From: Candidatus Woesearchaeota archaeon
GTDB lineage: Archaea > Nanobdellota > Nanobdellia > Woesearchaeales > UBA9642
Assembly: GCA_041658255.1 (NCBI GenBank)
Contig: JBBAAQ010000006.1
Span: forward strand, 1,005-65,004
Direction of reading: 5' to 3'
DNA: 64,000 nucleotides
A program made the translations under genes and the position numbers. Positions 44,751 to 54,158 of this stretch are shown piece by piece. Positions within the stretch are counted from its first letter, which is position 1. Each line of letters opens with the position of its first letter. The notes beneath the pieces were generated by a model. The model had not been told where the DNA came from, searched no databases, and saw nothing but the letters and a program-made list of their open reading frames with translations.

Positions 44751-45308
44751 ATGAAAGAAGTTGAAATATTGTTTTCTGTGGCGAATACGAAAAAAGAATG
44801 CATCATTGCACTTAAAAAGTTTCGACTGCAAAGGCGTGTGCGTATCCGCGATACGTATTATATGCATCCACAACTCAAACAATTCGATCCTCGAAATGGC
44901 CGGTTATCTGAAGTGTTCCGCATCCGGGAGAAAGATAAAAGAATTATTCTCACCCATAAGAAAGATTATTATCAGGGAAAAGAATGGACATATGCTGATG
45001 AAGAGGAATTACATGTCCATGATCTCAAACAGGCGCAAAGACTTGTTGCTGCACTAGGTTTCAAACCACTTATTGTCATCGATAATGTACGAACAGCGTA
45101 TTTGACATCGAAATACGAAATTGTTCTCGAAGAAGTCAAAGGTCTCGGATTATTCTTAGAGATTGAGCGATTACGCGTCAAAGATTCTGAAGACATCAAT
45201 CAGATAAAGCAGGAGATTCGCAAATTCAGCAAACCATTCGGATTGCAACTCAAAGAATCAAATGAAGGAAAACCTTCGCTCATGCTTAAAAAGATGAAGA
45301 AAAAATAA
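44751..45308 (+). CDS. CYTH-domain protein (CyaB/ThTPase-like triphosphate tunnel enzyme)
   Basis: N-terminal KEVEILF (ExExK-like, with Lys replaced by Leu). RIREKD...LTHKK. C-terminal GLGLFLEIE. Starts 3 nt after the aspS stop. Confidence 0.55.
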   Translation: MKEVEILFSVANTKKECIIALKKFRLQRRVRIRDTYYMHPQLKQFDPRNGRLSEVFRIREKDKRIILTHKKDYYQGKEWTYADEEELHVHDLKQAQRLVAALGFKPLIVIDNVRTAYLTSKYEIVLEEVKGLGLFLEIERLRVKDSEDINQIKQEIRKFSKPFGLQLKESNEGKPSLMLKKMKKK

Positions 45309-45309
45309 C

Positions 45310-45687
45310 TTATTCTCGTGAAGATTTCTGTGAGATTCTTTGTTTCATCTCATAAAATCCTTTTTCATTAAGCATCCTTCCAAATCGCAGAGAAGATTCA
45401 CATGTGACATGAATAACCTCTTTTCCGAATAAGAGCGAATCTTCACGCGGAGATTGAAGTGTACTATAACTGATTCCATCACATAATTCAATCGTTTTTA
45501 ATCGATAACCCATTTCTGTCTGTTCTGCAGTAACACCGGTAAGTATGCCGTCGAATACTACTGCTTCGAGCGGGTTCATACCTGATATGCGGACACGATA
45601 GACGCTTCCGGGATGAATATTTGTACGCTCTTCTAATGCAGGCATTCGGTGATTAAGTGAAATTTCAATCATGTTCATAGTCATCAA
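45310..45687 (-). CDS. hypothetical protein
   Basis: Non-overlapped 125-aa ORF. Confidence 0.4.
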   Translation of the reverse strand: MMTMNMIEISLNHRMPALEERTNIHPGSVYRVRISGMNPLEAVVFDGILTGVTAEQTEMGYRLKTIELCDGISYSTLQSPREDSLLFGKEVIHVTCESSLRFGRMLNEKGFYEMKQRISQKSSRE

Positions 45688-45724
45688 TCCTCCTTTATTC
45701 AGAAGGGCAAATTAAAAACAGACA

Positions 45725-46087
45725 TTAAATTTTCCCACGAGATAATGTAATGAGTTCACGCAATTCACGATTGGTCAGTACATCAATGTCGAGTGTCCTT
45801 TCTTGTAATTTTTTCTTTAAGTCAATCCGTTCATGAACGTCTCCGCGTGCATGCAAGATTTTTTCTTTCCTCAATGAATAGATTTTCTGATATTCAGGAG
45901 TATCTTTTTCATATACGTGTTGTAGTTTTCTCAACCGAGTGAGTGGTTCTTCGCATAATAGAATATGTAAGGTATCCTTTTTACGATATTCTTCTTCAGG
46001 ATTACTCCGATCTACCGCAGAGCGTAAACCGTACAAGTTTCCGATGAGTATGGTTATAAAAACCACCAATGCAAGTAGTACTATCAT
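45725..46087 (-). CDS. hypothetical protein with N-terminal TM helix
   Basis: N-terminus MIVLLALVVFITILIGNLYGL. Confidence 0.4.
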   Translation of the reverse strand: MIVLLALVVFITILIGNLYGLRSAVDRSNPEEEYRKKDTLHILLCEEPLTRLRKLQHVYEKDTPEYQKIYSLRKEKILHARGDVHERIDLKKKLQERTLDIDVLTNRELRELITLSRGKI

Positions 46088-46216
46088 GCGATCACCACCA
46101 AGTGCTGTAGGAGAGAGATATTGATTTCAGTCCATTCTCTACACATACTCTGTTAAAACATCCGACCAATATAAATATTATTGTAGAATATTCAATAATT
46201 AACCATAAAATATTTA

Positions 46217-46230
46217 AATATTCGAATATT
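46217..46230. promoter_or_regulatory. perfect 14-bp palindrome AATATTCGAATATT between the TATA-like box and the ATG of the Lrp gene; related GAATATTC at 46186-46193
   Basis: Read directly from the sequence. An AT-only palindrome in AT-rich DNA, so chance is not excluded. Confidence 0.3.
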
Positions 46231-46240
46231 ATTCAATTCT

Positions 46241-46696
46241 ATGAAGCATATTGAACCTAAACTCATTGCACTCCTCAAAGAGGGATATTGCACGCCGCAG
46301 ATCGCGCGTATTGCAAAAAAGCTTAAGGAACCTTCAACCACACTCCAATACAATATCAAGAGGTTAGAGAAGGAAGGCGCAATCAAGAAGTACAAGGCAG
46401 TATTCGATTATCAAAAGATTAACGCCGGATTCTGCATCTATGTCCTCATCACACTTTCACCAGACGAATATGGCAATCCTGAGCGGATTGGTAACGAGTT
46501 ATGCAAGCATCCGGAAATCGAGAGTGTCGATATCATCACCGGCGACTGGGAGATGATACTAAAAGTCCGCACAAAGGACCAAGACGCGTATTATGCCTTC
46601 GTCAAGAATGTTATTTCACGTAAAGGGATAGAAAAAATAAAAACATTGACTTCATTAAAACAATTAAAGACAGAATTTATCGTGGCATCTCATTGA
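46241..46696 (+). CDS. Lrp/AsnC-family transcriptional regulator
   Basis: HTH segment LIALLKEGYCTPQIARIAKKLKEPSTTLQYNIKRLEKEGAI plus a RAM-like half. Confidence 0.75.
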   Translation: MKHIEPKLIALLKEGYCTPQIARIAKKLKEPSTTLQYNIKRLEKEGAIKKYKAVFDYQKINAGFCIYVLITLSPDEYGNPERIGNELCKHPEIESVDIITGDWEMILKVRTKDQDAYYAFVKNVISRKGIEKIKTLTSLKQLKTEFIVASH

Positions 46697-47364
46697 TGAA
46701 TAATCGTCCCCTTAAACTTCTTTCCATCAAGATATGCGGTAACATTTGCAAAATCGCGGCCATTCATGATGGCAACTTCAAGTTTTAATTTCTCAGCTTC
46801 CTTGGACGCGACAGGATCAAATGGTGTATTAAGCCCCGGATCCCATTTGTCGCCGACGATCTTGCGAAAATCCTTCCAATTTATTTCCTCGATTCGCTTT
46901 GCATCAGCATATTTGTTGGGGTCCTTACTATAGACATAATCGATATTACTTAAATTAATTAATTTCTTGACTTTCAATTGTTTTGCGAGTAGCACCGCAT
47001 CATAATCAGTACTGAAACCCGGCTCCCATCCTGCAGCGACAAGAATTTTTTCTTTGAACGATACCTTCGTTCTGGGGTCACAAACAAGTTTAGGATTAGC
47101 ATAATTACGAAATATTGTACGGATGAGATGTGCATTAAGCCGTGTTGCATGGATGCCAATCCAATCTGCATCTTCAGAATTCAGATCGCCCATGGCTTTG
47201 ATTGCTGCCTGATACGTCCGTGCAGTTCTGCCGCCGCCGGTGATAATGACAAATCGTTCAGGACGAGAAAAAATAAATCTTTTGAATGCATCAAGAAACA
47301 CTGTATCGATCCCTTCGGGAACAATAAGCGAACCGCCAAGGCTGATGATGATTATTTCATTCAT
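46690..47364 (-). CDS. pyrH: uridylate kinase, archaeal type
   Basis: IIISLGGSLIVPE and VIITGGGRTARTY motifs, colinear with the remembered archaeal PyrH. ATG at 47364. Confidence 0.75.
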   Translation of the reverse strand: MNEIIIISLGGSLIVPEGIDTVFLDAFKRFIFSRPERFVIITGGGRTARTYQAAIKAMGDLNSEDADWIGIHATRLNAHLIRTIFRNYANPKLVCDPRTKVSFKEKILVAAGWEPGFSTDYDAVLLAKQLKVKKLINLSNIDYVYSKDPNKYADAKRIEEINWKDFRKIVGDKWDPGLNTPFDPVASKEAEKLKLEVAIMNGRDFANVTAYLDGKKFKGTIIHQ

Positions 47365-47436
47365 GCATGTTTTTCGGATATACGTATTTATTAATGTTAT
47401 GGACAACTTTTTAAATTATCATACTACACGTAATGT

Positions 47437-47934
47437 ATGACTGAACTCCATTTCCTCCAAATTCGTGAACTCCTCAATAAGCATAAGATTGTGTATCAAC
47501 ATATCGTGCATGAACATGTGCATCATTCTAGCGACGCTGCTAAGATTCGCGGAACAAATCTGAGCGAGGCTGCTAAAGCAATTATTCTTAAAGTCGAATT
47601 GAAAGATAAATTGCCACAGGACAAATTCGTATTTATTCAAGCAGTGATCCCCGGCGATCAACGTATTGACTTGAAAAAAATCAAGAATCTTTTCGATTCA
47701 AGAAATGTACAGCTTGCAAGTCCAGATGAAGTTCTCGAAAAGACTGGTTGCACCATCGGCAGTGTCCCGCCGTTCGGTAATCTCTTCAACATCCCGATCT
47801 ATCTCGACGAATCAATCCTTACAAAAGAACAGATTGTCTTTTCTGCAGGGACACATCATGATTCCATCATCATAAAACCTGAAGATTATGTGCGGGTAGT
47901 TAATCCGAAGGTTGTGGATTTGAGGAAAGAATAG
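47437..47934 (+). CDS. YbaK/ProX-type aminoacyl-tRNA editing (deacylase) domain protein
   Basis: AAKAIILK and GCTIGSVPPFG motifs. Confidence 0.6.
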   Translation: MTELHFLQIRELLNKHKIVYQHIVHEHVHHSSDAAKIRGTNLSEAAKAIILKVELKDKLPQDKFVFIQAVIPGDQRIDLKKIKNLFDSRNVQLASPDEVLEKTGCTIGSVPPFGNLFNIPIYLDESILTKEQIVFSAGTHHDSIIIKPEDYVRVVNPKVVDLRKE

Positions 47935-48040
47935 TGCTACTCGTAAAATTTCCAACAATCTCCGAATATCTTTCGAAAATCTCTCGCAAAGTTTAATAAA
48001 GAAAAAATCATTTCTTAATCAATAAAACCAGAATCTTTAT

Positions 48041-48060
48041 AAGTAAGAATATTCTTACTT
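48041..48060. promoter_or_regulatory. perfect 20-bp palindrome overlapping the mazEF promoter (candidate antitoxin operator)
   Basis: aagtaagaat|attcttactt ends 5 nt before the mazE ATG and overlaps ctttataag. Confidence 0.55.
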
Positions 48061-48065
48061 TCGAT

Positions 48066-48326
48066 ATGAAGATGATTACCGTATCAGAAAAAGGACAGAT
48101 TGCAATTCCTCAGTCAATCCGGCAGCAATTAGGGATTGATCGCGGAGACGAATTAGTGGCCACTATCATCAAAAATAAAATTGTACTTGAAAAAGCAGAA
48201 CATATCGACGCATATCTTGCTGACGATTTTGAAGATACGCTTGCGTGGAGTATGGATTCGCTTAAAGAGGTATGGGATAACAAATCGGACGAAAAAATAT
48301 GGAAAAAATATCTCAAGAAAAAATAA
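48066..48326 (+). CDS. mazE: AbrB/MazE-type antitoxin
   Basis: SpoVT/AbrB motif ITVSEKGQIAIPQSIRQQLGIDRGDEL. Confidence 0.75.
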   Translation: MKMITVSEKGQIAIPQSIRQQLGIDRGDELVATIIKNKIVLEKAEHIDAYLADDFEDTLAWSMDSLKEVWDNKSDEKIWKKYLKKK

Positions 48327-48652
48327 TACAAGGCGATATTGTCTTAGTGCCGCTTCCATTTAGTGATAGCGCAGAATATAAAGTTCGCCCCGCACTTATC
48401 GTATCAAATGATATATTTAATAAACAATCCATTGATTACATTTGTGTTCCAATAACCAGTATCATAAAATCAGTACCCTATTCAGTAACGATAACTAATA
48501 AAGAATTATCATCCGGATCAATTCTTTCTGAAAGCAGGATACGTACGGATAAATTACTTACAGTAGCAAAGACAAAAGTAATCAGACGAGTGGGAACAAT
48601 AAATATGAAGACGTGGAGTGCGGTTAAAAAAGAAATCCTAACATTATTCTAA
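48299..48652 (+). CDS. mazF: MazF/PemK-type toxin endoribonuclease
   Basis: GDIVLVPLPFSDSAEYKVRPALIVSND. Overlaps mazE by 28 nt. Confidence 0.75.
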   Translation: MEKISQEKIIQGDIVLVPLPFSDSAEYKVRPALIVSNDIFNKQSIDYICVPITSIIKSVPYSVTITNKELSSGSILSESRIRTDKLLTVAKTKVIRRVGTINMKTWSAVKKEILTLF

Positions 48653-49423
48653 CAGCAACATCGCAAGCATAATTCCTATACCGAGGAGCATTGCGACAAG
48701 TTGCCAGATACTTTTACTGACTGTATTTTCTTCGCAAGTTTCTCCGTGTAATTGGGGGATGAGGTCTGTTCCTGCGATATAGATCAGGTTTCCTGCAGCG
48801 AATGGAATCAGAAACGTACCGACGGTTTCTGTACTCACAATAATAATTCCGATGATTGCACCCGCGATTGAAGCAAGTGCAGTCATCACATTGACAAGGA
48901 TTGCCTTGAATCGCGTCATTCCCCCATGGATGAGTACACCGTAATTTCCGAGTTCGTGCGGTATCTCATGCACAAAGACCGCAATGGTTGTTGCAATGCC
49001 AACAGGAATACTCACGAAATAACTTCCGGCGATAACAAGTCCGTCAACAAAATTATGCACCGCATCACCCATGATGTTCATGGAGACGAATGGTTTGTGG
49101 TGATGGTGCGTCGATTCAGGAAGATGGCAATGCCTCCAATGGATAAATTTCTCGACGATGAATGAAAAGACTATCCCTGCAATGATAGAGATTCCGATAT
49201 ATGCGTTTATTCCGCTTTCGAATGCTTCAGGCATAAGATGGATGAAGACATCTCCGAATAATGCACCGACTGAGAAGCTTACCATCAATAAGCCGATTTT
49301 TTCTAATTGCTTATTGTTGAAGAGGAATGTGAATATCCCGATCATCGAGGTAATGCTTACCACGAGTACACTAATAATGATGTATCCTACAAGTGTCCAT
49401 TCAATACTCATGCTGATGCGCAA
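48644..49423 (-). CDS. zupT: ZIP-family divalent metal (zinc) transporter
   Basis: HEIPHELGNYGVLI motif, a His-rich loop ESTHHHHKP, and about 8 TM helices. Confidence 0.78.
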   Translation of the reverse strand: MRISMSIEWTLVGYIIISVLVVSITSMIGIFTFLFNNKQLEKIGLLMVSFSVGALFGDVFIHLMPEAFESGINAYIGISIIAGIVFSFIVEKFIHWRHCHLPESTHHHHKPFVSMNIMGDAVHNFVDGLVIAGSYFVSIPVGIATTIAVFVHEIPHELGNYGVLIHGGMTRFKAILVNVMTALASIAGAIIGIIIVSTETVGTFLIPFAAGNLIYIAGTDLIPQLHGETCEENTVSKSIWQLVAMLLGIGIMLAMLLLE

Positions 49424-49442
49424 TACAAACCTATTTAAATAT

Positions 49443-49467
49443 CTTATTGATTCTTAGTATCAATAAG
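49443..49467. promoter_or_regulatory. 9-7-9 palindrome between the divergent ZIP and Fur-family genes (candidate Zur box)
   Basis: cttattgat-tcttagt-atcaataag, adjacent to ctatttaaata. Confidence 0.45.
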
Positions 49468-49489
49468 GAAAGTTGACGCGCATTATCTT

Positions 49490-49876
49490 ATGAAATCACG
49501 TATCACGAGACAAAAAGAGCATCTTATCAAGAGACTTGCAGAAATAAAAGGATTGTTTACTGCAGAAGAATTCTTTGAAGAGTGTAGTGCAGAAACATTC
49601 AGGATAGGTATTGCAACCATTTACCGATTTTTGAATGAACAGGAAAAAATAAACTCTATTCACAGTTATCGCTGTGACCGTAAAAAAGTGTATTCGAAAA
49701 CATCTACTAACCATTGTCATTTCATCTGTGAGCACTGCGGCAAACGCGAGCATATTTCGATAAAAAATATTGAGGCGATCCGTGCATCCACGACTGGAAC
49801 AATCTGTCATTTCCAGATTGATGTATATGGGATATGTAAAAGATGTACGTTAAAGAAGATGCTGAAAACTAAATAA
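49490..49876 (+). CDS. Fur-family metalloregulator (Zur-like)
   Basis: TRQKEHLIKRL N-terminus, HCHFICEHCGK, and a C-terminal CxxC (ICKRC). Confidence 0.7.
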   Translation: MKSRITRQKEHLIKRLAEIKGLFTAEEFFEECSAETFRIGIATIYRFLNEQEKINSIHSYRCDRKKVYSKTSTNHCHFICEHCGKREHISIKNIEAIRASTTGTICHFQIDVYGICKRCTLKKMLKTK

Positions 49877-49923
49877 TACTATTTGCTCATAACATGATGC
49901 TGTTGTTTGGCCGAATGCTTTCT

Positions 49924-50661
49924 TTATTTCCATTTCTCCTGCAGTTTCGTGTGTTTTCTGAGCCACCAGCCGATGATAAAGAAGATGATGGTTTGGAAAA
50001 ATGCGTAAAAGAATATGCGTAGTGATATGTTAAAGAAGAATGCTTGCGAAAAGAGCGTAATCAATAATGAGTTATTTGCAAACATCCAGTTCCCCTGCGG
50101 AAAGAGGAAGAGATGAAAGAGGGCAAATAGTTGTTCGAAGTAGAATACTGCACTAAAAATAATTACGCATAAAATCACGCCCGCAGTAATCGATCCGATA
50201 AGGACAATACGTGCGATATATTTGACAAGTTCGTTTTTATCCTTGACCCGGAAGATGAGAAATAGGAAGGAGAGGATGAATAGGGTAATGGCCGAATAAT
50301 ACCAGACATACAGGGCCTGCATGACGCGTGCAACGTCGTAAAGATGTGATTGTTCGTCTGGCGTAAATGCGTTAAGTGATTCTACCCCGCTTTTACCACG
50401 CAAATAACGAATAAGATTTTCAGTAATTGCAATTGTTCTATTCTCACTATTTTCTTTTGTCGCATAGCCATTCTCAACCATTTTCGTATAGACATTGTTT
50501 TTTGCATATTCGCCGTAATAAAACCCCTTATTAAATATCATGACTGTAAATGATCCGAGAATGATGATGAGTGCGAGTGTAATGCCTGCAATGATGATAC
50601 TGCTGTTTCTTACGAGCGCGCCTGAATCAATACGTTTTTTATTTTGGGAATTTTTCTTCAT
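49924..50661 (-). CDS. integral membrane protein, DUF1461/TIGR01906-like
   Basis: N-terminal TM, an extracytoplasmic segment with FTPDEQSHLYDVARVM, and four C-terminal TM helices. Confidence 0.45.
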   Translation of the reverse strand: MKKNSQNKKRIDSGALVRNSSIIIAGITLALIIILGSFTVMIFNKGFYYGEYAKNNVYTKMVENGYATKENSENRTIAITENLIRYLRGKSGVESLNAFTPDEQSHLYDVARVMQALYVWYYSAITLFILSFLFLIFRVKDKNELVKYIARIVLIGSITAGVILCVIIFSAVFYFEQLFALFHLFLFPQGNWMFANNSLLITLFSQAFFFNISLRIFFYAFFQTIIFFIIGWWLRKHTKLQEKWK

Positions 50662-51268
50662 AAATTTTTTGAACCTCTAAAAGGACTTCCTGATGATTAT
50701 GGACGCGCGTGATGAGTGGATGGGTGATGTGTTTATTCCACAGATATGACTTATTGAAATCAAAGAGGAGTACGCGAATACCTTTTTCTGAACAATGTTT
50801 AGCAGTCTTTGCTGAATCATCAATGATGACATCAACTTTTTCTTGGATACAGATGTCTGCTTTTGAGCGTTGTGGTGTCCCATCACGTGGATATGCATTG
50901 GTGAATATGATCTTTTCAAATAAATGGAGATGTGATGCAAGAATTTGTCTTGTGCTTTCTTCTAATTCATGCTGCCGCGCAGTGATGATAAAGAGCCGAT
51001 GTCCCTGATTCTTCAACACATTGACTGATTCAAATGCATTAACGACGGGCTCTATCTCTTTTGAGACTTGTTTGTGGAATGCAAAGTAGCGATGTATTGA
51101 TTCCTCGCGGCTACAACCGAGTACTTGCGCCCAATCGTAGATATAGAAATCTGAGAGTTGCAGCGTCGTATGATACGTACGATTATGCCATTCGATAAAG
51201 TTTGGGAGGAGCGGAAAGAGCACATCATCAAGATCGAATGCAATATTGAGTGCGGGTTGCTTATTCAT
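50639..51268 (-). CDS. HAD-superfamily hydrolase, 5'(3')-deoxyribonucleotidase-like
   Basis: DxDxV motif IAFDLDDVLF, ITAR (motif II), and a distal DDS. Confidence 0.5.
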   Translation of the reverse strand: MNKQPALNIAFDLDDVLFPLLPNFIEWHNRTYHTTLQLSDFYIYDWAQVLGCSREESIHRYFAFHKQVSKEIEPVVNAFESVNVLKNQGHRLFIITARQHELEESTRQILASHLHLFEKIIFTNAYPRDGTPQRSKADICIQEKVDVIIDDSAKTAKHCSEKGIRVLLFDFNKSYLWNKHITHPLITRVHNHQEVLLEVQKIYEEKFPK

Positions 51269-51319
51269 TTTTTATGGAGATATCGTGCATTTTATTGCAC
51301 ATTTTTTATATAATAAATT

Positions 51320-53068
51320 TTACGTATAATATAAATTCCCTGTTGATTTCTGTTCCCGATCCTTTTGTGAATCCTCTTTATTGACGCGTGGACGATAGTT
51401 TTCTTCGTCGCGACGAAAGGTGATATTGATATCTGAGAGGAAGGTATTCATCCCCTGATGCATGGGAAAGGGACCTGTGACGCGTCCGGAAATCGCAGGT
51501 GTTCCGTCAAAGACAATGAGTTTATCAGAAAGATAATCGATGAAGAGGAGATCGTGGTCGACAATGATTGCGCTCTTACCCGTGCTTAGCATCATGTCCT
51601 TGATGACTTTGGATACGATGAGTCGTTGTTCAACATCCAAATATGCTGAGGGCTCGTCCATGAGTATGAGATCTGCTTCCTGTGAAAGACAATGCGCAAT
51701 TGCGACGCGTTGTAATTCTCCGCCGGACAGTTCTGAAATTTTGTGCATCAATAATTCTTTCAGATTGAGCGGCCGGATGAGTTGTATCTCAAATTTTTGG
51801 ATGGCACGTTGCAATGCTACCATGACAAGTTCATCGGAACTTTCAAGATATTGTGGTTTATAGGAAATCTTGAGTTTAAGTTCCTGTTCTTCTTTTGTTT
51901 TCAGTACACCTGCAAGTATTTTCACAAATGTTGTCTTACCGATGCCGTTCTGTCCAAGAACTCCGACGACATTACCTTTATGTATTTCTCCTTCTTTTGC
52001 AGTCAAGTGGAATGATCCTTGCGTATAATCAATATCTTGCCAGGTGGTCAGGATGTTTTCGCGTGTCTGTGGTGTAACAACCGGCGGATTAAATTTTATT
52101 GCATGGTCCCTAAATCGTGTATTTTCCTCTTTCAAGAATCCTGAAAGATACACATTGATGCCATTTTTTGTGGTCTTGACCCCGGAGACAACACCGTAGA
52201 CTGATTCGTGACCGTACATTAAGTGGATCATGTCAGTCATATAATCAAGGATGATGAGATCGTGTTCAATGACCATGACTGCAATTTCAGGGTTCGTTGC
52301 AAGGTTTTTGATGAATCGCGCAATTTTAAGGCGCTGTTTAATATCAAGATAGGATGTTGGTTCGTCGAAAAAATAGACATTTGCTTTTTTGAGGACAGTT
52401 GCGGCGATCGCAATCTGCTGTAATTCTCCGCCAGAAATTTCTGTGAGTTTTCGTTTAAGGATTGCTTGGATTCCGAGTTCCTTAACAATTGATGCATATT
52501 CTTCTTTCTCATCAACTTTTTTGAGGAGTTCTTCAACTGTCCCATGGTATTGTTTTGGGATGAGGTCGACTTGTTGTGGTTTATACGCAATGGTGATCTG
52601 TCCGTCACGCAATTTTTCAAAATAGGCCTGCGCTTCAGTGCCCTTGAAATAGGTAATGATATCCTTGATATCTCCATCATGTTCCTTGCCGAAATTTGCT
52701 TTAAGCATATTTGCAAGAATCTTGACTGCAGTACTCTTTCCGATACCATTGCGGCCGATGATTCCGACAACTTTTCCGAAAATTGGTGTCGGAAGACTAT
52801 AGAGTGCAAATCCGTTCGGACCGTAGCGATGGATGGGTTCACTTTTTAATTCTTCAGGAAGATTAATAATCGTGATTGCACCAAATGGACATTTCTTAGG
52901 ACAGATTCCACAACCGGTACAGAGTTTCTCGTCAATAAATGCTTTGCCATCTACTGCAGTGATACATTGTTCGCCCATTCGATTCACCGGGCATACTCTT
53001 GCGCACAGATAATTCCCGCATTTATTCGGATGGCACTTCTTTTTGTCGATGACGGCAATTCTTGACAT
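51320..53068 (-). CDS. abcE1: ABCE1 / RNase L inhibitor homolog (ribosome recycling ATPase)
   Basis: N-terminal double 4Fe-4S Cys clusters (CARVCPV, CTGCGICPKKCP). Two ABC cassettes (GRNGIGKST, GQNGIGKTT), each with an SGGELQ signature (ISGGELQQ; LSGGELQR). Confidence 0.92.
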   Translation of the reverse strand: MSRIAVIDKKKCHPNKCGNYLCARVCPVNRMGEQCITAVDGKAFIDEKLCTGCGICPKKCPFGAITIINLPEELKSEPIHRYGPNGFALYSLPTPIFGKVVGIIGRNGIGKSTAVKILANMLKANFGKEHDGDIKDIITYFKGTEAQAYFEKLRDGQITIAYKPQQVDLIPKQYHGTVEELLKKVDEKEEYASIVKELGIQAILKRKLTEISGGELQQIAIAATVLKKANVYFFDEPTSYLDIKQRLKIARFIKNLATNPEIAVMVIEHDLIILDYMTDMIHLMYGHESVYGVVSGVKTTKNGINVYLSGFLKEENTRFRDHAIKFNPPVVTPQTRENILTTWQDIDYTQGSFHLTAKEGEIHKGNVVGVLGQNGIGKTTFVKILAGVLKTKEEQELKLKISYKPQYLESSDELVMVALQRAIQKFEIQLIRPLNLKELLMHKISELSGGELQRVAIAHCLSQEADLILMDEPSAYLDVEQRLIVSKVIKDMMLSTGKSAIIVDHDLLFIDYLSDKLIVFDGTPAISGRVTGPFPMHQGMNTFLSDINITFRRDEENYRPRVNKEDSQKDREQKSTGNLYYT

Positions 53069-53139
53069 GATATCTAGAATTAATCGATGTTTAAAAAGTT
53101 ATAGAAAAATAAGGATAGCAGTATATTTTTAGAATAGTA

Positions 53140-53976
53140 TTAACTCATCGCTGCATATTCTGAAGCATACTTCATTTTTGTTTCAGATGTTTGATAGGAT
53201 TTTTGTGTTGATCCATCAAGGAGTGCATATGCAAACCGCTTCTTTGGATGATACACTTTATTGACGAGTGCAGGAATAATTCTCAGATAGGTATCGATAC
53301 TTGATGCGATTGATTCATGAGTCCAGAATAGTTTTATTCCTGCATGTGCAAGACCGCGTGTAGAATGTGTGCGTTCATAAATAGCGATTGCATCATCAAT
53401 GGATGCGCGATCTTTAAATTTTACTAATACTTTAGCAGTCGATTGCATCATATGTTTCAATTCTTTATCTATACGTAATCCTGAGAGTTGGAGAACGTCG
53501 TATGCATCGATAAATGCGTGTGCTGCAAGGCGATATTCGTGTTTTTGATAGAATTTTTTCCCAATGCTTACGAGCTGTCTTTCTACATATTTTGCTTCTG
53601 CAATATGGAGGACGTGATCTTCCCTTGCATGTTTGAATAGCGCGACTGCCGCCTCTTCGTATGCGTTGAATGCGCCCCAAAAATTTTTTAATGTGAGAAA
53701 TTCTTTGCCTAATTCGCTGAGATGATATGCTGATGCAATAGTCTTATATTTTTCGAGCCGGTTCCAGAGAGACTCTTTAGGCTGGGTACTCATGGTTGAT
53801 GCCCTATTATTCATTGACTGTAATACGCCGATGGCGCCACCTTCTTCAATAGTATTTTTCATTGTATTGATATTATGGATGATCGGATGATGTGATGCGG
53901 TTGCAAGAAATGCATTTTTTACCACTTCTGATGTCTCGTCGAATACTGATCCGCTATTCATACCTGAAATTGTCAT
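53140..53976 (-). CDS. hypothetical helical protein
   Basis: Non-overlapped 278-aa ORF. Confidence 0.45.
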   Translation of the reverse strand: MTISGMNSGSVFDETSEVVKNAFLATASHHPIIHNINTMKNTIEEGGAIGVLQSMNNRASTMSTQPKESLWNRLEKYKTIASAYHLSELGKEFLTLKNFWGAFNAYEEAAVALFKHAREDHVLHIAEAKYVERQLVSIGKKFYQKHEYRLAAHAFIDAYDVLQLSGLRIDKELKHMMQSTAKVLVKFKDRASIDDAIAIYERTHSTRGLAHAGIKLFWTHESIASSIDTYLRIIPALVNKVYHPKKRFAYALLDGSTQKSYQTSETKMKYASEYAAMS

Positions 53977-54158
53977 ACTATTTGGACCTGCTCATCTTTT
54001 ATATACTTTGTGAAAGTAAAATATATGATTTATGCAAGGATTAATCATTCAACTTTATAGAAGAATATACGACAACAAGAACCCATGCGAAAACGCAGGA
54101 ATAAAATTAGAATTAGGAAACAATAGATGGTTAGGACTAATAAAAGAAAGTGCGAGTA

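Noticed and set aside
52237-52842. 201-aa alternative-frame ORF on the same strand within abcE1 (similar cases: 20133-20582 within the ArsR-like gene, 7617-7877, 9317-9667, and many antisense ORFs inside other genes)
   Set aside because: These lie fully inside strongly supported conserved genes and are typical shadow ORFs.
54085-54126. 13-aa basic mini-ORF (MRKRRNKIRIRKQ), superficially like ribosomal protein L41e
   Set aside because: It is about half the length of L41e and lacks its pattern. It cannot be supported from sequence alone.
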